A stretch of 64,000 nucleotides of DNA, taken from positions 32,001 through 96,000 of the forward strand of contig JBKBRF010000015.1 of NCBI GenBank assembly GCA_046292385.1, read 5' to 3'. The notes under the pieces were generated by a model, which saw only the letters and a list, made by a program, of their open reading frames with translations, was not told the origin of the DNA and did not search any database. The position numbers were made by a program, and so were the translations under genes. Positions 1 to 9,349 of the stretch are shown in pieces. Source of the stretch: Armatimonadota bacterium (GTDB lineage: Bacteria > Armatimonadota > SYMT01). Numbering within the stretch: the first letter of the stretch is position 1; each line of letters begins with the position of its first letter.

Positions 1-1460
1 GGGAACTGCTCATGGACGGCGCGAAGCGGCTCGCCGGCGACCTCATCGAGTTGGTGAAGGTGAGCTGGGGCTGGGTTGGGGACGCGGCATCCGGCTGGCA
101 GACCTACCTTCGCGACGTCTGCCTCAAAGCGGTTCAGGCGGAGCGGACGAAGCTCCGGAGCGTGGCCGCGGAGGAGGACCGGATCGCCTGCCGCACGACC
201 TATCCGCGGGCGGGAAGCATCGCGGAACGAGAGTTGTTCCGGCAAATCGTTTCGCAGCTCGACCTCGTCCCGAGCGCTCTCCAGCTCCTGAGCTGGGAAC
301 TGACGGATGTACAGCCGACCGGCGATCCCAAACGCGACCTGGAGGGATGCCAGCTCCTCCTCCGGAGCGGGATCATTCCTCCATCCGAGACGAACCACCA
401 GATGGTGGTCACTCGAGACCTCATCCAGGGCGACACCCGGAAGGTTCAGCTCTCCACCCACAGTCCCGAGCATATCCGGGCTTATGGGGCGCAGCACATC
501 CGCCCCCACATCAGCCAACTGTCCATCTGGGATGGTCTCTACGTTTCCTACCGGCACGGATGGCTGCGAAAGCGAGGTGCACAGGATGACGCACAGCTGC
601 GGCACGAGTTCATTCAGAAGTCCGTTCAGTGGCTCCGGGACCAGAGCGGTGTCCTCCTCCGCAACGCACAGGGTGCCGACCAGCCGGTCTTCTGCTTCTC
701 GAACTTCATTTCTGACGATACCGAGGTCGGGCAGTTCGCCGCGGCATTCGAGCAGGAGCTGCAGGCCTCAATGGGCGGCGTTCACCGGTTACCCGAATTG
801 AAGCGGGAACTGCGGGTCCTCAATTTCCAGCACGGCCTCGACTTCACCGCTTGGAGCTATCTCGATTCGGCTCGCCAGAACTATGAGGCGCACAACACCG
901 CCAAGGAGCTGCCGCCGGTTCACATCTACTGCAACGAGCGCTATGCCTACGAAATCGAGGGCACGATCGCGACGAAGATCAAGTTCGCACAGCGCGCACC
1001 ATTGTCTCCCAAGGTGACGTGTCTCATGACCGATCCCGCGGCACTGGAAACGTTCCTCCTCGGCTACGCGGCGGATCTGTTCGACCGGCTCGACGATCCG
1101 CAGTACCCGAATACCTTCCCATACCTAGGAATCGAACAGCCGCGGCGCATCTCCCTCGGCCGCCGAACTCACTGGGACGAAGTACTGCGCCGCTATCTCG
1201 CGAAGGCGGGACAGTCCGCACAAGATGCGCGAACAGTTCGCGAGACGATCGATCAGCGGCTGAAGAATAAGATGATCACCCTGAAAACGGCCGACGAGCA
1301 AAAGCAGTTCTTCACGGATCTGCTCGCTAGGGCGGGTGCACCCGATCTGTTCGCGACGGATTCGGCCACATCGGACGCGAATACTCCCTGGGACGAGTGG
1401 CGGGATGTACTCGCGGCAGTCGTCCACGGCCGAGCCCAGATGTACGGGATTGCCCTCTAA
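1..1460 (+). CDS. 3' part of a large protein, possibly the C-terminal region of a tubulin-like-domain protein
   Basis: Frame is open from the window start to TAA at 1460. The segment VHIYCNERYAYEIE...LSPKVTCLMTDPAALETFLLGYA recalls C-termini of tubulin-like domain proteins (from memory; no GTPase motif visible). Confidence 0.5.
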   Translation, partial: ELLMDGAKRLAGDLIELVKVSWGWVGDAASGWQTYLRDVCLKAVQAERTKLRSVAAEEDRIACRTTYPRAGSIAERELFRQIVSQLDLVPSALQLLSWELTDVQPTGDPKRDLEGCQLLLRSGIIPPSETNHQMVVTRDLIQGDTRKVQLSTHSPEHIRAYGAQHIRPHISQLSIWDGLYVSYRHGWLRKRGAQDDAQLRHEFIQKSVQWLRDQSGVLLRNAQGADQPVFCFSNFISDDTEVGQFAAAFEQELQASMGGVHRLPELKRELRVLNFQHGLDFTAWSYLDSARQNYEAHNTAKELPPVHIYCNERYAYEIEGTIATKIKFAQRAPLSPKVTCLMTDPAALETFLLGYAADLFDRLDDPQYPNTFPYLGIEQPRRISLGRRTHWDEVLRRYLAKAGQSAQDARTVRETIDQRLKNKMITLKTADEQKQFFTDLLARAGAPDLFATDSATSDANTPWDEWRDVLAAVVHGRAQMYGIAL

Positions 1461-1512
1461 AAAGCAACGGTCTCTCCGAACCGAGGGCCGCGTTAGGCGG
1501 AGAGATGAAGTT

Positions 1513-1544
1513 GGGCAGTCTCAGGCGTTCGCCTGAGACTGCCC
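1513..1544. terminator. Perfect inverted repeat, terminator-like or REP-like hairpin
   Basis: GGGCAGTCTCAGGCG-TT-CGCCTGAGACTGCCC lies about 50 bp after the upstream stop; no U-tract follows. Confidence 0.55.
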
Positions 1545-1859
1545 CATGGATGAGGCGCTGTGCCGCCTAATTAGTCGTGCTCTTCATTTTCTTACGCGAA
1601 ACCGGGATCCCGCTGCCAGCCGACCGGTAACCGGGCGAGCTTCCGCAGGTGGTTCCGCGCTGCTTGCGCCGTACGCTTGTATAGCTAAGCGTCTTGGATC
1701 CGCGGTCGCTTGGCTGCTACACACCTCTCTGCCCGTCCTATCTTGAAGTCGCAGGGGTGCGCAAATCACGCCTCACGTGCGCCATCGAGCACTGGCGCAC
1801 CCTGGGGTCCGTGCCTGGTCGGCTACTCCTGAGAAGCAAGTCAGGTGGCAAGAGGCAAC

Positions 1860-2440
1860 AGTTCGAACATCGTCCCACCCGGGCCGCCAGTTGGGACGAT
1901 TCGGGAATTGGGAGGCCAGGTCGAACGGCTTTACAGCTTCGAAATCGAGTACTCCCCTGCGAGTCGGTAGTTCGAACCGACAATTCTCAGCAGCCGGCGA
2001 ACTTCGACGTCTGCACCATTCCGCAGTATCTCCGAAGATTTATTACAGGGGCGGATGAACCGGTCACCACCTCCCTGGTGTCGATCAGAGGGAGTTCGAA
2101 CGCCGCCAGGTCCTGCTGACTCGTCATCCGCTGCAGCGTCAGCTCTTCTCGTCCCACCGTGAACTCCAGGTCATCGATCTGCCCGGAGAGCCGGAGGTCG
2201 AGCATGGTCTGCTGGCGGCGCTCCACTTCGGCGGGTCGCCTTGCGAGCAGCGGACGTAGATCGACGGCGCTCCCGCGTTTGCTTCGGGAGAGTGCCTCGG
2301 GGGACTCGCGGAGCCACTCAACGAGGGTAGGGTCGAGCCGGAGGTGCTCACTCACTCCAAGAGCAAATCGCTCCTGCCGATGCTCTTGGCGGAGGTAGCG
2401 CTCAGGGCAAGGACCGCGACTATGGCTGCAGTGGTAGTAG
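1860..2440 (-). pseudogene. C-terminal remnant of a large serine recombinase, paralog of 16013-17578
   Basis: YYHCSHSRGPCPERY...MLDLRLSGQI...RRLLRIVGSNYR...LDFEAVKPF aligns with YYRCSRRRGDCQEPY...LLDLRLGGHL...RELLRMVGSNYR...VDFEPVEPF across two frameshifts. The 5' part is lost at the IS66 junction. Confidence 0.8.
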
Positions 2441-3518
2441 TGACGAAGTATCAGCTGCTCCCCCGCCGGTGTGGGTGCTGCCGACGGCGGACCTGGGCGA
2501 CGTTCCCTGTGGGCGCGGGCCGGCGCTGCGTTGGCCCGCGGGTGCAGGCGGTCGCGGCGCTCCTCTCGCGCGCTTGCCGGCTCCCGCGGCGTCAGGTCCA
2601 GGCGCTCCTGCACGACCTTTTCGGCGTCCGGCTGTCGCTGGGCACGCTCTCCGCACTCGAGAGGGACACCGCGCGGGCTCTCGCCGCCCCGTACCATGAA
2701 GTAGCCGCCGCGGTGCCGCAGGCGGAGGTGGTGGGCGTCGACGAGACGAGCTGGCGCGAGGCGGGGATACTCCACTGGCTGTGGACGGCCGTGACGCGAG
2801 ACTTCGCTTGCTATCGCCTGGACCGCCATCGGAGCCGGGCGGCGTATGAAGCGCTGATGCAGGGCGGGAAGCCACCCGGAGCGGGCGAGCGCCGGAAGCC
2901 GCCTGCCACACGCGGCGGTCCGGTGGTGATCTCGGACCGCTATAGCGCCTACTCCCACCTGCCGCCCGCGCGGCGCTCTTTGTGCTGGGCACATCTCGCG
3001 CGAGACTTCCGGGCGGCGCACGAGCGCGGTGGGATCGACGCGGTGGTGGGCGGCTGGGCCCTGGAAGTCGTGGGACAGATCCTGACGCCGTGGCACCGCT
3101 ATCGGGCGGGCGAGCTGACGCGGGAGGCGTTCCTCGCCGACATGGCGGCGCAGCAGGAAGAGCTGCGGACGCCGCTGCGCTGGGGCAGCGAACACGGGTC
3201 GCGCCCGACGCGGGCGCTCTGTAACGACCTGCTGGACCGGTGGGAGTCGCTCTGGACCTGGCTCACCGTGGAAGGCGGAGAGCCCACCAATAATGCCGCC
3301 GAGCGCGCCCTGCGCTCCGCGGTGCTGTGGCGCAAAGGCAGCTTCGGACACCAGTCCGAAGCCGGCGCGCAGTTCGTGGAGCGCATTCTTACCACCGTCA
3401 CCAGGCTCCGCCTCCAGGGCCGCCACGTCTGGGACTATCTCGTCCGCACCTGCGAAGCCGCCGCCCACGACCAGCCCGCCCCCAGCCTCTTACCCCAAGC
3501 AGGTAGCTGAACGATTAC
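2441..3518 (+). mobile_element. IS66-family element, 5'-truncated (transposase ends at 3510)
   Basis: Motifs DETSW, VISDRYSAY, CWAHLARDF and PTNNAAERALR. Right end GCTGAACGATTAC (3506-3518) reads GTAATCG... on the reverse strand. N-terminus and left end are missing. Confidence 0.88.
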
Positions 3519-3616
3519 CCCGTGAGCGCGAGGATCTCTTGCGGCCGCTGCTCCAAATGTCGTCGCAGTGAGGCCAAGTGTCACCGCCTGTGAAAAAATG
3601 GCTCTCCCGCCATTTT

Positions 3617-5641
3617 GATACTGCTGGCGAACCGTTAGCCCTCGGTTGGTAAGCTCAAGTTACCGCCGTCATCATCCGGCTAAAGGCGCTCCGTCGGGTC
3701 TTTGCCAAGGGCACTTCCGCGAGCCACTGGGCCACCCGGTAGAAGTTCAGCGCGGTCGCGGTGAGCAGGTGTTGGAGCCGCGTCTTGGCGAGACCCAGGT
3801 AGCGACAGCGCCGCAGGCCGCACCGTCGCAACCCTTGGGAGAGCGTTCCTTCTACTCCGGCGCGGAGCGCGTAGGTCTCTTTGAAAGTTGTCGTCGTCTC
3901 TCGGACCCGGGCCGCCCGCAACGCCTCGTATTCAGCTTGCGTACGGAGCGTCACGGTCCGGCGAGCGACCTTGGAGCGGGTGCATTGCTCGCGACACGGG
4001 CATCTCCCACAGTCGCGCGTCGCGAAGCCGATCTTGATCACGGGAGTGCCCCGACGATCCACCACCGGATTCCACTTCGAGCTCCGCTTCCCCTGGGGAC
4101 AGGTCGCGTACTCTTCCTCCCAGTCCACGACGAAGTCGCTGGCGGCGAAGCCAGCTCCGGCCCGAGCTTGCCACCGGTAGTCGCCGCGGGTAGGTCCGAC
4201 CAGGTCGACCCCGAAAATCTCCCGACTGCTGATGAACAGCCCCGCATCGAGGTAGCCGGTATCCACGATTTGCTGGTCCGGGAGCAAGTCGCGGGTTTGG
4301 AGCTCCGCCTGGATGACGGGCGTGAGGTCCCCATCGGCGACGGGAGCCGGCGTCGTCTGCACTGCGGTAATGAGGTGGGGTGCATCGGCCTCACAGGTCT
4401 CGGTCAGATGCACTTTGTAGCCTTCCCACTGCGTCGTGCCTTTCACGCCGTAGCGAGCATCCGGGTCATAGGGTGTCCCGAGGAACCCGCTGGCCGGAGG
4501 GATCTCCGCATTGGTCCGCCAGCGCACCGAGCATTCTGCGCCGACAGCGGGGGGTTCGCGGTGGTAGTTCTGGACCCATACCTGACGCAGCGTCTCCACG
4601 GCGGGCAACTCCCGGAGCCACGCCGGAGCCGTCTCGGCGGTCACCGCCAGGAGTAAGGTATAGCCATCCCGACCGATGCGAGTGGCCAGCACTTCCCGTG
4701 CGGCGGGCTCCTTCGGCAAGCGCTCGTCATCGAAGCGGCGGGCGTACGACTGCGCCCACTCGGGCGGACAGAGCGGCCGCAGCCACTCCGGGGCCACGGT
4801 CGCCAGCACATTCAGGGCATGCCGCAGCGTCTCGCCGACCGCTTCCAGGCGGTTCATGGCCCGGGCTGCGGCCAGGACGTGCGTGGAATCGGTCCGCTGC
4901 CGGCCTCCCGCCTTCAGCAGATTGCGGGCTCGGAGATGATCCAGGAGGGTTTCGAACAGCAGTAGCTCCGCGGAGCCGGCGATCAGGCGAGTGCGGAACT
5001 CAGACAGGACGGAGGCGTCAAAGCCCGGATCGTCGAGCTCCAGCCCGAGCAAGTACTTCCAGTCCAGGCAGCGGCGGACGGCATCCGCCGCCTGCCGATC
5101 CGAGAGCCCTTCGATGAATTGGAGGATCACGACCAACGCAAGCCGCCAGGGGGCATGCGCCGGTTGACCACAGGGCGGGAACAGCGCGGAGAATTGGGCA
5201 TCGTGAAACAGGGTCCCGAACTCGTCGCGCATGGTGAGATAGGGGTTGCCCTTGGGAAAGGCGGCTTTGGCTACTCGGGCAGTCGCGGCGGGCACGGGCG
5301 TGAACTGGTCTGGGCGCAGGCACATCGCAGAACTCCTTCCCCGGCCTCGGGCCTCCGGGCATCCGGGCCAAGGTAGTCTTTCCCAAAACCTGCTCCGTGC
5401 CCGTACCGGCTTGGGGTGTACGCGTGCAGCGGGCGAGCTGCCAACCACGAGCAAGCGAGCGATAGGCTAGCGTCAGGGGCGGGAGAGCGAACCGGGCGCG
5501 GGGGTGTGGAAGAGCACCCAGCCAGCCAGAGCCACCTGAACCGGGGCAGCCACGTCGGCGCCTCGACCGCCCCGCGCATGTCGCTGCCAAGCACACGAAC
5601 CCCGCCTAGCAAGCACGCGGTAACGGTTCGCCAGCAGTATC
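3617..5641 (-). mobile_element. IS1182-family element with perfect IRs and target duplication
   Basis: GATACTGCTGGCGAACCGTTA (3617-3637) and its exact reverse complement (5621-5641), with CATTTT duplicated. Alternative reading: 20-bp IR with 8-bp CCATTTTG duplication. Confidence 0.92.
3655..5325 (-). CDS. IS1182-family transposase
   Basis: ATG at 5325 after AAGGAG. Motifs LSDRQAADAVR, DASVLSEFR, QRTDSTH, GYKVHLTETC, VDTGY and YALRAGVEGT. Confidence 0.92.
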   Translation of the reverse strand: MCLRPDQFTPVPAATARVAKAAFPKGNPYLTMRDEFGTLFHDAQFSALFPPCGQPAHAPWRLALVVILQFIEGLSDRQAADAVRRCLDWKYLLGLELDDPGFDASVLSEFRTRLIAGSAELLLFETLLDHLRARNLLKAGGRQRTDSTHVLAAARAMNRLEAVGETLRHALNVLATVAPEWLRPLCPPEWAQSYARRFDDERLPKEPAAREVLATRIGRDGYTLLLAVTAETAPAWLRELPAVETLRQVWVQNYHREPPAVGAECSVRWRTNAEIPPASGFLGTPYDPDARYGVKGTTQWEGYKVHLTETCEADAPHLITAVQTTPAPVADGDLTPVIQAELQTRDLLPDQQIVDTGYLDAGLFISSREIFGVDLVGPTRGDYRWQARAGAGFAASDFVVDWEEEYATCPQGKRSSKWNPVVDRRGTPVIKIGFATRDCGRCPCREQCTRSKVARRTVTLRTQAEYEALRAARVRETTTTFKETYALRAGVEGTLSQGLRRCGLRRCRYLGLAKTRLQHLLTATALNFYRVAQWLAEVPLAKTRRSAFSRMMTAVT

Positions 5642-5693
5642 CATTTTGGTGACGCAGGTGTCAGGAAGTGCCAGGCGCGTGTAGTCCCAGGGC

Positions 5694-7370
5694 ATGAGCA
5701 TTCCTGCTTTGCTTCCCGACTCGGCACTGGTCCGCGTCGACTACCTCTCGGCCACGGACGACGGGATCACCCTCGTCGCCAGCGCGGTGCAGGAGCGGCC
5801 CTTCTGTCCGGACTGCCAGGTTCCGGCCACCCGGATCCACAGTCGCTATCATCGCCAACTCGCTGCCTTGGCGTGGCAGGGGCTCCGAGTACGGCTGCGG
5901 CTCACGAGCCGGAGGTGGTTCTGCGACCGGCCGGAGTGCTCCCGGAGGATCTTCACGGAGCGCTTTCCCGGCCTGCTCTCCCGCTCGGCCCGTCGGCTGG
6001 ACCAGCTTACCGAGACGCTCCGCCACCTGGCTTATGCTCTCGGGGGCGAGCCGGGAGCCCGCGTAGCGGAGCACCTCGGGATCGGCACGAGCCCCGACAC
6101 CCTCCTGCGCTTGCTCCGGGAGCGAGGACGGCAACGCGCTCCCCACGTGCCGCGGGTCCTGGGGGTGGATGACTTCGCCTTCCGGCGCGGCCATACGTAC
6201 GGCACGCTCCTCCTGGATCTGGAAACCGGGGCTCCCGTCGACCTACTACCGGACCGAAAGGCGGAGACGCTGGCACGATGGCTGGAAGATCATCCGGGCG
6301 TGGAGGTGATTAGCCGCGATCGCGGCGGGAGCTACGCCGATGGGGCCCGGCAGGGAGCTCCCCGGGCACAGCAGGTGGCGGATCGCTGGCACCTCCTCAA
6401 GAACCTGGTCGAGGCGCTGGAGATCACCCTCACGTCGGAACAGCGGGCGCTGCAGCAGGCAGCGGAACTCGGGGAGCCTGCCACGGAAGAGGCGGTCGGG
6501 AAGGCCGCGGACCCCGCCGGGGAAACAGTCGACGTGTCCGCTCCTCCGTGCCCCGCCGCGGCGGAGCCCTCCGGCCGCGCCGAACGGGACCGCACGCGCC
6601 GGCGAGACCGCCGGCGCGTTGCTTACGAGGAAGTACTGCGACTACACCGCGCCGGTTACTCCCTGCGAGAGATCGCAGAACAGACCGGGAAGTCTCGCTG
6701 GACCGTCTCCAAGTACGTGCGCGCCGACGCCTTTCCGGAGATCAAGCAACGCCAGCCGCGACCCACGCAGTTGGATCCGTTCCGTGCCTACCTGGAGCGT
6801 CGGTGGGAAGAAGGCTGCCACAACGCCGCGCAGCTGTGGCGAGAGATCGAGGCGCAGGGCTACCGCGGCGCGGTCTCGCTCGTCCGGGCTTATCTCTCCC
6901 AACGTCGGGCTCGCCTGCCGGCAGAGGAACGGCGCACCAGCGGCCCGGTGCCGCGAAAGCCACACGCGACCCGCCCCCCGGCTCCCCGGGCGCTCGTCTG
7001 GTGGCTGGTCGGAGCCCCGGAGAAGTTGACGAGTGAGCAGGTAACGTTTCTCGCGCGGCTGACGGAGACTTGCCCGGCCGTCCAGGGTTGGCAGGAGCTC
7101 GCTCGCGCGTTCTTTCGCCTGGTGCGGGAGCGAGATGTGGAAGCACTCCCGCCGTGGGTGGAACTCGCCCGCCGGAGCGGGAGCAAAGAGCTGGCGAGCT
7201 TCGCGACGGGTCTGCGCCGGGACTGGGAAGCGGTGGTGGCCGGCGTCTTGTTGCCGTGGAGCAACGGTCCGGTCGAGGGCCAGATCAACCGCTTGAAAGC
7301 GCTGAAGCGCCAGATGTATGGCAGAGCCGGCTTTGAACTGCTGCGCGCTCGCGTCCTCCGGCCGGGGTAA
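5694..7370 (+). CDS. ISL3-family transposase
   Basis: Zn finger CPDC...C, LGVDDFAFRRG, ISRDR, VADRWHL and SNGPVEGQINRLKALKRQMYGR. Confidence 0.95.
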   Translation: MSIPALLPDSALVRVDYLSATDDGITLVASAVQERPFCPDCQVPATRIHSRYHRQLAALAWQGLRVRLRLTSRRWFCDRPECSRRIFTERFPGLLSRSARRLDQLTETLRHLAYALGGEPGARVAEHLGIGTSPDTLLRLLRERGRQRAPHVPRVLGVDDFAFRRGHTYGTLLLDLETGAPVDLLPDRKAETLARWLEDHPGVEVISRDRGGSYADGARQGAPRAQQVADRWHLLKNLVEALEITLTSEQRALQQAAELGEPATEEAVGKAADPAGETVDVSAPPCPAAAEPSGRAERDRTRRRDRRRVAYEEVLRLHRAGYSLREIAEQTGKSRWTVSKYVRADAFPEIKQRQPRPTQLDPFRAYLERRWEEGCHNAAQLWREIEAQGYRGAVSLVRAYLSQRRARLPAEERRTSGPVPRKPHATRPPAPRALVWWLVGAPEKLTSEQVTFLARLTETCPAVQGWQELARAFFRLVRERDVEALPPWVELARRSGSKELASFATGLRRDWEAVVAGVLLPWSNGPVEGQINRLKALKRQMYGRAGFELLRARVLRPG

Positions 7371-7467
7371 GGGGAACTGCGACGGCGAGCGGCCGAGCAC
7401 CTGTAGGGCTGATCTGCAGGGGCAGGAGTGGCCACCACGGCTCACCAGAAGTGCGGGAGAGCCATTT

Positions 7468-8646
7468 TCACTTCGGCGTTGACACCAAGCTCTTCCACCC
7501 TTCTCGGCGCTGCTGATAGTGGAGGAGCGTGAGCGCCGCGCAGCGAAGGCCGCCGAGCACCTGCACGAGGGTGGGGTTCGCACTTCGGCTCTCGTCTTCC
7601 CGCAACAGCGTGTCCCGCACCCAGTGGGAGCGGTTCTCGATCTGCCAGTGCGATCGGATCAGCGTCAACAACTCCCTCGCTCCCGCCTGACGGCGCTCCA
7701 AGCTCGTGATCCCGTAGACCAGCGTGCGCTCTGCAGGCTGCTCCTGACCGGCACGCGAGACCCAGCGCACCCGCTCCAGCAAAAAGTACTGGCGAGCCCG
7801 TCCCCAATCCAGCCGCTCACCGGGCGGGGGCGCGACGAGCGTCAGGCGTCGGAGCTCCCGCCGGCCATGTCCCCGCTCATACTGCTCTACGGCTTCGGGG
7901 TGCCAGCTCTTCGGGAGCGCCGTGGCGAAGATCTCCTGTAGCGCCCCCTGCAGACCGGGTTGGTTTCCCTTCACCGGCATCACGTAATCGGCTCCCGCCG
8001 CGACGAGGCCGAGGGCGATCTCTTCTTGCGTGAGGAGGGCATCCACGACCACGACGCGGCCGCGCACCGGCAAGCGCAGGAGCAGCTTGGGCACGGCGGG
8101 AATCTCATTGCTCTTCCGCGAGACGGGCTCCAGGTCGAGGGTGATCCCCAGGTCGTGCGTAAAGGCCGAGAGCAGGTGAGCCACCTCTGACCCTTCCCGG
8201 AGACTGCCCTTAACCGTCTTTCCGTCACACGAGAGCGCCGCTTGCCCCTCTGGATCGAGATACGCCAGCAACGCCAGCGCCCAGGCCCGCAGTTGGGCGG
8301 CGAAGCAGGTCCAGTCGAGGGCGGAGAGCACTTCGTGCAGGGTGCTGGCCGCGGGCGTCTTGCCTTCCCGGAAGCCCAGAGCGCGGCGCACGGGCTCCTC
8401 TGCCCCGCGCCCCCACTCGTGGATGCCCTGGCGGTGGGTCCGCCCTGCCAGCGTAGCCACCACCACGAGCAGGAGAATGGCCTCCAGCGGGTGGCGCTTG
8501 CCTCGGGCCTGCCGCGGATCGGGGACTTGGCACAGATACTCGCGCAGCTTGGGCGATTCGCCCGCAGAGACCGTTGCTTCGGAGACGGAGCGAGTGGGTA
8601 CAGGAAGCGGCCCAGCGGGCGGCGAAGCGGAAAGGGCGGCAGTCAC
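7468..8646 (-). pseudogene. ISAs1-family transposase, C-terminally truncated by insertion
   Basis: PDPRQARGKRHPL, DGKTVKGS, KSNEIP, DALLTQ, VKGNQ and RSHWQIENRSHWVRD; the tail is displaced to 3519-3578. Confidence 0.88.
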
Positions 8647-8873
8647 GATCTCCTCCTGGGGTCTCTTGGCGGAAACTCACAGAAGGACTCGGCGACTGCC
8701 GCTCAACTTACCTGCTCGCTTGAGAATCGAATTGCCCTGGTCACCACCGAATCAGCGGGAGAGCCGAAAATTCATGAAACCGAAGGATACTGCCTGTGTC
8801 TTGAATTAGACACACTACGTCGCAACCCGCCAACCTCTGCGACACAGTACCAAGTGTCACGTGGAGATATCAG

Positions 8874-9071
8874 ATGCGTTCAACGTCTCAAACGTCGCCT
8901 AGCCACCGTGCAGCACCAGTGAGCATCTCGATCGGTAACCTCCGAGATGGAACCCTAGGCATCTACCACCCTACTACCACGGCCAGTTGTGGCAGCGGAA
9001 CAGGAAGCGGCACAGGCAGCGGTAGTGGTACAGGCAGCGGTAGTGGCAGTGGTGGAGCCGGCACCACCTAG
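8874..9071 (+). CDS. Putative RiPP precursor peptide 1 (Gly/Ser/Thr-rich core)
   Basis: GGAG before the ATG. Leader ISIGNLRDGTLGI and core ASCGSGTGSGTGSGSGTGSGSGSGGAGTT; lies upstream of radical SAM genes. Confidence 0.7.
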   Translation: MRSTSQTSPSHRAAPVSISIGNLRDGTLGIYHPTTTASCGSGTGSGTGSGSGTGSGSGSGGAGTT

Positions 9072-9098
9072 GGCCGTCTCACGCTATCTAACCCACCC

Positions 9099-9344
9099 AT
9101 GCCCATCCACCTCAAAGCTCTGATGAAACCACGCTTCGAAGACCATTTCTATCGTGAACGGCCATCCTTCGAGATAGGCCATCTCTCTGATGGTCACCTT
9201 CTCATCAGGGACCGTCCTCTACCCGCGCCTTCAGCCAGTGGCTCGGGCAGTGGCTCGGGCAGTGGCTCGGGCAGTGGCTCGGGAACTGGCTCAGGCAGTG
9301 GATCCGGCACCGGATCCGGTAGCGGCTGTGGCCAGTTGGTGTAG
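9099..9344 (+). CDS. Putative RiPP precursor peptide 2 (Gly/Ser/Thr-rich core)
   Basis: Leader FEIGHLSDGHLLI matches precursor 1; (GS/GT)n core ends GCGQLV; stop is 5 bp before the rSAM start. Confidence 0.75.
   Translation: MPIHLKALMKPRFEDHFYRERPSFEIGHLSDGHLLIRDRPLPAPSASGSGSGSGSGSGSGSGTGSGSGSGTGSGSGCGQLV
9236..9283 (+). repeat. Four perfect 12-bp tandem repeats (CAGTGGCTCGGG) encoding SGSG
   Basis: Read directly from the sequence. Confidence 0.9.
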
Positions 9345-9349
9345 GCGAG

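Larger units (their letters stand above)
3600..7463 (+). mobile_element. ISL3-family element, left IR interrupted by IS1182
   Basis: Reconstructed IRL GGCTCTCCCGCCATTTTGGTGA matches reverse-strand IRR GGCTCTCCCGCACTTCTGGTGA ending at 7463. Confidence 0.88.
3579..7484. mobile_element. IS21-type terminal inverted repeats (21 bp each) with the interior replaced by ISL3
   Basis: Ends TGTCACCGCCTGTGAAAAAAT (3579-3599) and reverse-strand TGTCAACGCCGAAGTGAAAAT (7464-7484), flanked by direct repeat CCAAG (3574-3578 and 7485-7489). Family inferred only from the TGTCA ends. Confidence 0.7.
3519..8739 (-). mobile_element. ISAs1-family element interrupted near its 3' end
   Basis: Left end CAGGGCAATTCGATTCTCAAG (reverse complement of 8719-8739). 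Removing 3579-7489 restores the in-frame tail WKSLASLRRHLEQRPQEILALTG. Confidence 0.8.

Noticed and set aside
1855..2100. Repeated GTTCGAA motifs as tRNA T-loops or a tRNA att site
   Set aside because: No cloverleaf can be built, and they lie within the recombinase remnant.
1987..3468. 493-aa minus-strand ORF as a real gene
   Set aside because: It is a chimera of IS66 antisense sequence and the recombinase remnant.
8990..9330. GS-coding repeats as a CRISPR array or non-coding microsatellite
   Set aside because: No spacers, and synonymous codon variation indicates coding sequence.
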